Shown here piece after piece: positions 55,101 to 64,000 of a stretch of DNA of 64,000 bases (position 1 is the first letter of the stretch; each line of letters starts with the position of its first letter). The stretch lies in the NCBI RefSeq assembly GCF_009914755.1, contig NC_060926.1; one strand, given 5' to 3'. Below the pieces are notes generated by a model that saw only the letters and a program-made list of their open reading frames with translations, did not search any database and was not told the DNA's origin. This stretch comes from the human T2T-CHM13v2.0 reference genome, Homo sapiens. Position numbers and translations under genes: made by a program.

Positions 55101-56949
55101 AAGTAAACTTTAATATTCACCATGTATGTTATTATTTTATATTCAATTTTATAATTTGTTAACACACAAAAGTATTATGTGTAGAACAAAGCTCCTTTCA
55201 TGAAAAATTGAACTCACATTTCTGCAGTGTAATCACACATTCTATCTGGATTTATTGTTTAATTGTTTTCTATTGTCAAACATGTCTAAGTTATTGACAT
55301 TAGAACAGAGAAACTCCAACAGAGAAAGGGAGCACAGCTACATTTTTTTTCTTAAAGATTATATACTATTTCTTTACATGGATGTCTTGATTGATTTAGT
55401 TATTGATTCATATTACAATGGAAGGCTGAATCAACTTATACGGCTTTGAATTAATTGTATACCTTCTATTGATGAGTGAATAAATAGTTTTTTAACATTA
55501 ACCACAAAACATATAAACATTAACAATTTTGTGATATTTTACATAAAACGTGCAAGAAATTCTAAATTTGAAATTAGTATTTATTTTATAGAACATATTA
55601 TGAAATACTTTTTAAATTAGTAATCAGAAAAAAGATGATTAAATAGTAAAAACAATCATTTGTATTTTTACCAGATATCATCACTTTTAAAAGTTTGGTT
55701 TATATTCTTCCAGATAGAACAATATACTAAAATAATATAAATAGGTTATTATGTCAACAAACATTTATATATATTTTTACAGCTGGTTACCCCCATGCAA
55801 AAACGTGCCATATGTAATTTTTCTATCTAATATATTAGAAAATGTATGTTATTTAAAAGTTTTCCTATTGTAAACAATACTATAATGAACATTATTAAAG
55901 ACAGTCTTAAGTTAGCAAAGACTGAAAGGACATGTTCTCTAGTTTAGAGTGTATGACATTCAATCAAGACCTAGAAGACTTATGCCATCCCCCAAGAATG
56001 TACTAAAAATCATCTGGGATTATAGAAGGAATTCAGGGAACCCTATCTGCAAGATTATTTACATGCCAGATCCAGTAATTTATGATCTTCTTGGTGTCTG
56101 TAAAGTCATAAAAGTCACAGGATTACACCATAGTCATTTGCTTGAAATTGCATTCAAGATATCTGCATTCCATTCCTTAGATGCTTTCCAAAATAATAAA
56201 ATACATGGCAAGATTCTGTGTGGAATCTCAGTCTTCCTATGTGGGATGATCACATGTAGCATCCTTAGTGCCAAACCTAATAAAACAAGCTTATTGTTTT
56301 TGGTTTTGGCTTTTTTTTTTTTTTTTGGAGCATGGTTGAAAAAACTTATGATACCCATAACAGGTTTAATAAATTTTTCTAAACTGGATATTGATTATCA
56401 AAGCCAATTATATGCCTCTAATATATTGATTTGGAGAATTTAGAAAAACAAATATTTCAAATATATCAGAAATCTACATACTAATAAATTTAAATGAAAA
56501 AATTTCTATTAACTAATGTATGTCAGCAGCTTTTATCGACAAACTCATTTTATTTTTCCAAAGGCATACAAAGTAGTTTCTATAATAAACCTGGCAAAAA
56601 TAGATATCTAGCTAGCATTAGCACAATAATACAAATAAAATCAAATCTTGAAAGAAATGGAACTTTTTACCATTCCAGATAGTATAATAAATGTAATAGT
56701 ATAATAAATTCGCATAGCTCTATAACGCAGATTTGGCTAAATATGACTCTATAAAATGACATTTAAAAGAACAGTGTTGTATACAGCATATGGATGCCAT
56801 AGTTTCTTACAATTTTATAGTAAAATAATAATTACCTGAATAAGGTAACATCAATCACATTCATTTAAAATAGTTGATTTATAAACTAGCTTGATTTTAA
56901 AACAAATAAAAGAAACTATCTACTAAGGTAACAATGAGTATCGATTAGA

Positions 56950-57110
56950 GTGTCACTTCACAAACTTTAATGTTCATACATATGATGGCATCTTGTTAAA
57001 ACAGAGCCTCTGTTTCAGGAGTTCTGCACTGACCTGAGAAGCTATGCTTCTCACAAGCTTCAAGATGAGATTGATGTTGTTCTTCTATGAACTATACTTT
57101 GAGTAACACC
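56950..57110. mobile_element. MER5-like hAT-Charlie MITE
   Basis: cttcacaaactttaatgttcatac...cttgttaaaacagagcctctg...ttctcacaagcttcaagatgag...actttgagtaacac. Confidence 0.6.
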
Positions 57111-57814
57111 AGATTATGAGATTATTAATAATTCAAAAAATAAGCTTATTTTTTAGGAAAAAGTATAAAAAAATCAGGCATTCAAACTCCACAAAAATAC
57201 TTTTTAAGCCATATTACAAATAGAAGCTTTAAAATACATTTCTTTTCTCTGCATAGTTTATGAATCTTCATTTATAGGACTGGCTAACATTGACACAAAG
57301 TTCACAGTGGGTATTATATCCATATATCTACATAAGATGTTCAGCTTCTCTCATTCTCAGCAGGTATGGTCTCATTAACACCTGTGATTTTAAAAGCCTG
57401 AGTTTCTCCCAGCAAGATGTAGTTTTATTAATATGTGTTATATTTATATATCTCTCACTTTGCTATGTTATAATGTGGAACCAAACCTATAGCTATTGCT
57501 CTAGTATCTGTTTACTTCATAAATATTGACTGCTAGAGGTGTGAATCCTACTAGGGTCTTTTGCATAATTATATGAGGGTAAGCAGTAAACAAAAATGAC
57601 TGAAGAATAAATGAAAATAATAACTTAGCTTAAATGTAAAGTAAGATGACAAGAATACCATGAAATAAGAGTCACAGAAAGAATGTTTGCTAGCTGTTAT
57701 TTAAATATAAATGTTATTATTTTTGAAGAAATAAATGTGTATACATCTATCTCTTTCAGAAGAATTGTGAATTGTTTACAAATATATTTTCTGAAATATC
57801 TTTTTTTTTTCTTA

Positions 57815-58020
57815 GTACTGAGGTCTGATGGTAAATGTTTAGTAACTAGCTTTGTATAATAAAAAGCCAGATTTATGGTGTTTTCAGATTTTCATGGTGT
57901 AAAAATTCCCAGTGGCCAATTTCAAGCTACTGACATGAGATCTCGGAACATAGCATTAGGAAAAGATGCAGAAATGGGCTTTTTTAGAAGCCAGTGCATA
58001 ATACTTCCAACACAACAGTG
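57815..58020. mobile_element. MER63-like (hAT-Blackjack) DNA transposon
   Basis: ggtaaatgtttagtaactagct...ggtgtaaaaattcccagtggccaatttcaagctac...ttccaacacaacagtg. Confidence 0.7.
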
Positions 58021-58379
58021 ACTTAGCAGACTGAGCGTCACTTTACTTTAATGATTAATCACAATAATTGTCAACTGACATTTTTTATTTAATGACTTAT
58101 AACATGGTTCCAATTATAAAATGTGGAAAATGTAAGTAAAATAAAGACAAAATTAACAATAAATCTAACACCCCCAAAATGATTGTTACACATATGTATA
58201 TATCCTTTGAGAGCTTTTATTAAAATATTTATACTTGTATTTGTTACAAAATTGAAAATGTGTTTTATTTCACTTTGGCATTCTACCCAAACTGACAATA
58301 TACTATAATTTTCTACAATTACTAGTTATTCCTTTAAAAGTACATACAAAACTGAATGAAACTCTATGCTCCCAATATA

Positions 58380-60290
58380 CTAAAATCAAATGATTTTATT
58401 CTCTATAGTTGAATCATTCTAAACATATTTAGAATGTTTTGAAAATTATTGGTCAATGAACATTCTGACGCAGAAATCCTTGTAAATACTACCTCTGCTT
58501 CTTTAGGGTAAATACCTAAAAGAGGAATTATTGAGCCAAAAAGTGCAATTACTTTGAGGGTTTCTGATAAGTGTCCCTAAATTGCACTCAGGAAAATTTG
58601 TGTAAGTTTAAACTCTTAAGTGGAGTTGCTGGAGACCCTCTTTCACCTGATTCATAAAACAATCTTAATTAGAAAGAAGAAACAATCCAAATGTCTTTGA
58701 GGTTCAAGTACACCACATACTATCTCATTTAATTTTTATAGTCTTTAATTTTATTAGTTCAATTTTTCATTTTTGAATTGCCTGTTAGCATTCTTTTTCT
58801 TTTAATTTGTGTAGGACTATTTACATAATAATGCCATCAATCATTTTTATATGTGTGTCAAATTTATCTTTTATTGAATAATTTATCTTCATAATTTTGT
58901 TCATAATATTTATTGAAATTAGAATGCATAAATATTAAACTTAAAATTATGTTATATAGTATACCATGCATGATTATAAATATTATGTCAAATGTATAAA
59001 GTGGTTTTTGCTGTCAGTTTCTGATTTCTCCACCCGATATAATTATTTTATATTACCTCTAATACAACAGATTCAATTCTGGATAATTTGGGGAACAACA
59101 TAAGAACAGTAGTAATCAAAACTAAATAAAATAACTACATGCAGTTTACAAAAAAGTTCACATCCTATGAATATATTTAAATTATACTTCACTTAAATGT
59201 ATCATTTCACTATGCATTTTCTATTGATTTCATAATCATATTCCTTTATTCCATTTTTCCCCCTCTGCTGGCAGAAAGTTTCTATTTTCTGTTGGCATTT
59301 AGAGTATCCTAACATTTACAACATGCATTCATGATGTATTAAACTATAACATGAATTAATATTTGCCTCAATTTACAGCAAAATGAAGACCTTCTAAAAT
59401 TGTAACTCCATTTATTTCTCCCTTCCAACTTCCATGCTATTTTTATAATACATTTTAGTATATGCTATGACTCCCAAAAACATTGTTATTGCTATTATTA
59501 TGCTACATTGTAAATATTCATTTAAATTTACCCACTGGAATACAACTTTGTGTTTCTTATTACTTCCTAAATCTATAAACTACCACTTAATACCATTTCA
59601 TTTTTGTTTCAAAGGTAACCATGAGTGTGGGTTCTGTCTTAGTGAATTACTTCAGTTTTCAGTGATCTAAAAAGGTTTTTGTATTATCTTCACTTGTGAA
59701 GTTTTAACTGTATATGGGATTGAAGATTAGAAATTATTTTCTTTCAGTGCATAGAAGTTATAATTCTATTGTCTTTTCACTTACATTGTTTCATTTAGCA
59801 AGTTAAGAGTCTAAAGGTGTTCTTTTAAAGGAAATGTGTTTTTCCCCTGACTGTCCATGATATTTTTCTCTTTTACTCTATGTTTCTGCAATTCCTCTCT
59901 GTGTCATCAGGTTTTGAATTGCTTTCTGTGTTTTTCTGCTTTGGATTCATGTTTCCCTTTCAATTAACAGTTTAATTCATTTAGAAGCATATCTTCCTTG
60001 TTCTTGCTCTACTTTCTTGAGCCCGTAATTTTATGTAAGACTTTTCATTAACCTTTGCACTCTACAATATTTTCTGTCCTTTTCTTTACTATGTTTGATT
60101 CTACATATTTTATTCTAACATACCTGCTAGATCATTAATTTCCTTATCAACTGCTCTCAAACCTATCTTTTGTGTTTTTTATATTGTTTCCTTTTCACGT
60201 CTGAAATGCCAATTTTAAGCCTTCCAATTATTTAATAAAATGTTTATATTTTGTTTTTTATCTTCAGAATAATTCTACTACCTGGGATAA
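58380..60290 (-). mobile_element. Ancient L1M fragments
   Basis: Diverged antisense L1 motifs (ctttagggtaaatacctaaaagaggaattattgagccaaa; aaattattttctttcagtgcatagaag...tctattgtctttt). Confidence 0.5.
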
Positions 60291-60299
60291 TTCTACTAG

Positions 60300-61091
<792 letters not shown>

Positions 61092-61229
61092 CTAGCTGGC
61101 CTTTTCTGTTATTTTGCTCTTTTTCCTTGTTTTCTTTCATTTTGTTTTGCCTCCTTCTGTGCTAGGTTATCTTTTATTTTATGCTGGATTTATATTTGAA
61201 AAATTTATTTTGTTCACTTGCAATACTCA

Positions 61230-61460
61230 TTACAGATACAAAGAATGGCATTGTTTTATATTTTTATAATTTATTTAATGCCTGACTTAATATAAGACAT
61301 GCTGATTTATTAGATCTACTTCTGCTTTCGGTATGTTGTGATATCATACATTATGTAGTCTCTGGAAAACTCTACTTACTTTACACATGAGAGAGAAAGA
61401 GAGAGAGAATGAAAAAATCAAATAAGATCTTAATATTGTTATATTATCTCAGGACCTCAT
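61230..61460. mobile_element. hAT-Charlie DNA transposon fragment
   Basis: tggcattgttttatattttt...tttaatgcctgacttaata...atgtagtctctggaaaactc resembles a recalled Charlie-family internal sequence. Confidence 0.6.
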
Positions 61461-61756
61461 CCCTTTGCCTCTTGAGAGTGGGATGTTAATGGCTTCACAT
61501 TGCTCCTGATTCACTATTTTTTGTTTGTGCCATTAAGTTTGTCAAAACTATTGAAAATAGTAGAGACCTCACTTATAGAGCCATTGACATTTATTCCTCT
61601 TTTTGTAACATTATGAATGCTAATCTCAAAAGCACAAAGTTTGAAAAATCGTTGCTTTTATCTTTAAATTACCTGGGTCTTCAATCTTTCATCCCTTTGG
61701 ACAAGTGGAAAATTCCATACTTGTAGTTTTTGCTGGTAAAGTATCTGAAACTACCC

Positions 61757-62346
61757 TGTGGTAGGCACCCTCTGAGATAAACCCTAATAATTCCCGCCTC
61801 CTAGTATTCACAGCCTTAGGTCATCCCATCTTTACCTTAAGTGTGACGTAGACTGGCTTCAAAATAATTCTGAGAAACTATTTCACTTTCAAAATTATAG
61901 GCTATGAAAAGACTGTGTTTTACATCTTGGGTACTCTCTCTCAGATGGTCTCTTGAATGGCTCACTCTGTGGATAGCCAGCTTTCATGATGTGAGGCAGT
62001 CTCAGATGGTCTCTTGAATGGCTCACTCTGCAGATAGCCAGCTTTCATGATGTGAGGCAGAGTCTTGTGGAGTAATCCACAGGGTGGTGGTGTTGAGGTC
62101 CACCAAAAAGCACATGAGTGAGTTTAGAAGAAGGTCCCTCCACCACCTCCTTTGAAATGAATCTTCAGATAAGATCACAACCCCAACTGGCAACCGCACA
62201 GCAAATTCAGGAGAGCCTTTGAGCCAAAGGTGCCCAAAAGCCATGCATGAATTCCTGATCCTCAGAAATTGAGATAATAAATGCTTGTTTCTTTAAGATA
62301 CAAAGACTTGTGATAATAAGCTATGCAGTAGTAGATAGTTAACACA
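61757..62346 (+). mobile_element. MLT1F-like (MaLR) solo LTR carrying a 61-bp tandem duplication
   Basis: tgtggtaggcaccctctgagat... to ...gagataataaatgcttg...tatgcagtagtagatagttaacaca. TG...CA ends. Confidence 0.85.
61939..62060 (+). repeat. 61-bp tandem duplication (2 copies, 59/61 identical)
   Basis: Copies at 61939-61999 and 62000-62060 differ only at TG (61970-61971) versus CA (62031-62032). Confidence 0.97.
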
Positions 62347-63090
62347 GTCTTCTCTTTCCTGGTTTATCACATTTGTGCCAAATATTCTCTTTGCTCAAAC
62401 TCAAGCCCCTACTTCTAAAAATACAAAACATTGCATCTCTTCTCTGAATCTTTCTTGAGGCAGGTTCTTAAATTTCTATACCTCCATATGCACACAAAAC
62501 ACATATTCCTCCCGACATCTTTCTATCTTTCAGAACCGTTGCTGGTGAAAAGAGTGAAGGTCCTCTGCGTACTTTTTTCCTGAATTCTCATGGACCTCTC
62601 TGCCTTTTCCAAATAAGGGCAATCTCCTTTCCTTGAGTCATTGTTTTCCCACAAATCTTCTACTTGACTGAAGTGTTCAGGGCACATAGGATGACTTCAA
62701 TATGCCTGAATTTACAAAAGACCTTTATCTTGTTTTTTATTTTTGATTCTATTACAGTATCTGAGGAAAGGAGTCAAGAGATTGCCTTTCTGTGTTATAT
62801 GAATTGAGAGAAAGTTCTGTTACACACACATAAATTAATAATTTAATTTTTCACCCCAAATCTTTTCTTAAAACCAACTAACTATAATTTTCTAATTACA
62901 GAACAACTTCTTACATCAGAAAATGGCTCTACATTTCTACTCAGAACTCTCTCAGTTTAGGACTAATCTTACTAACTCATTAAAAGCTTACTAATTCATT
63001 ATTAAAATGCTCTGGTTTCCCTTTTTATAAGTTGTTCATTACAGTCCATGTCCAAGTGGAATGGACCTTTCTTTGTAATTCTTTACACAC

Positions 63091-63464
63091 TGTCTTAGGC
63101 CAGTTGGGCTGCTGTAACAAAAATGGCATATACTGGATGGTTTATAAGCAACACATATTTATTTCTCACAGTTCTGGAGGCTGAGAAGTCAAAGACTGAG
63201 GCACTGGCAGATTCAGTGTCTGGGAGCACCCATTTCTCATAGATGACATCTTCTTACTGCACACTTACATGGTGAAAGGGTCTAGTTAATTCTCTGTGTT
63301 CTCTTTTATAGGGGCACTAATCACAGTCATGAGGATTTGACCCTTATGACCTAATATCCACCCAAAGTCTTCACCTTCTATTATCATCACACTGGGGGTT
63401 CAAATTTCAGAATATGAATTTGGTGACGGGGGCACAAATGTGTTATGGGGAACAGACCATAACA
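63091..63464 (-). mobile_element. MLT1A/MSTD-like (MaLR) solo LTR
   Basis: tgtcttaggccagttgggctgctgtaacaaaa...atttatttctcacagttctggaggctgagaagtc...cagaccataaca. Degenerate TSD cacac/catat. Confidence 0.88.
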
Positions 63465-64000
63465 CATATATCTGTAATTGTTTTATTTTTCAGAAAGTGA
63501 TCGTATTATTTCTGTGACATGTTATGCCAGAAAATAATACTACCTTTACACTTGAATCACAATGTAGCTATCAAATATACCTTTTCCTATAAAACTCCAT
63601 TACATAGCATTTAATATTTAAAAGTGATATTTGAGGCAAATTATTGCCTCACAGCTTAATCCTTTCATTCCACATTCAAAGCATCTCCCATGATTGTCCT
63701 CATACAACAATAATCTGTCTGTGCACAAGTGGATTAATTCTTATCTATTTTATACTTTAAACACTTACACTTCTAAGTGTTTTCTACATACTTCCGATTA
63801 GACTGCAATTACTTCTGCACCAACCTAATACAAAATAACTTGTTTTTTTTTTTAATTTTGATCCCACAGGCCTTAATTTGTATCAATCACTTTTAATAAA
63901 AGTGAGGTTAAGTAATATTTTTTGAGTCTCTACAATTTATTTAGTGGCATATACACTGCAGATCTCATTCTCTTATCTTTCACATTAGTGATGCAGTTAT

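Noticed and set aside
55949-56443. 164-aa ORF in unique sequence
   Set aside because: It starts at GTG, shows no recognisable domain, includes a T-run translated as poly-Phe and has no convincing exon boundaries. It is consistent with a chance ORF.
56679-56709. Short direct repeats (also ~60269-60299 and ~62968-63003)
   Set aside because: Ordinary 12-17 bp slippage duplications with no further structure.

Overview
This window is AT-rich primate genomic DNA, most likely human, and appears intergenic or deep-intronic. I find no credible protein-coding exon: every long ORF in the track is an L1 ORF1/ORF2 remnant or an Alu/LTR artefact. Transposable elements dominate. A ~19-kb nested stack sits inside an old minus-strand L1M (about 11.7-30.5 kb) and holds an internally deleted L1MA, a near-full-length L1MA, Alus, MaLR LTRs and a young 5'-inverted L1PA2-like insertion with a perfect 15-bp target-site duplication (TSD). 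There are also solo LTRs with TSDs (LTR12, LTR2, an unassigned 743-bp LTR, a MER83/84-like LTR), ERV-L internal remnants (gag-pro, dUTPase, possible RT), DNA transposons (MER2, MER63, MER5, Charlie), MIR and L2 relics, microsatellites and one tRNA-Pro(AGG) retropseudogene. I see no evidence of a new multi-gene system. The most unusual items are small molecular scars: a perfect 22-bp hairpin built partly from sequence matching an LTR 2 kb away, a retroposed unprocessed pre-tRNA, a polyadenylated LTR 3'-end retrocopy, an LTR12 lacking its core promoter, and a possibly inverted ancient ERV-L. Family names come from my recall of consensus sequences, not from a search, and boundaries of old elements are approximate.
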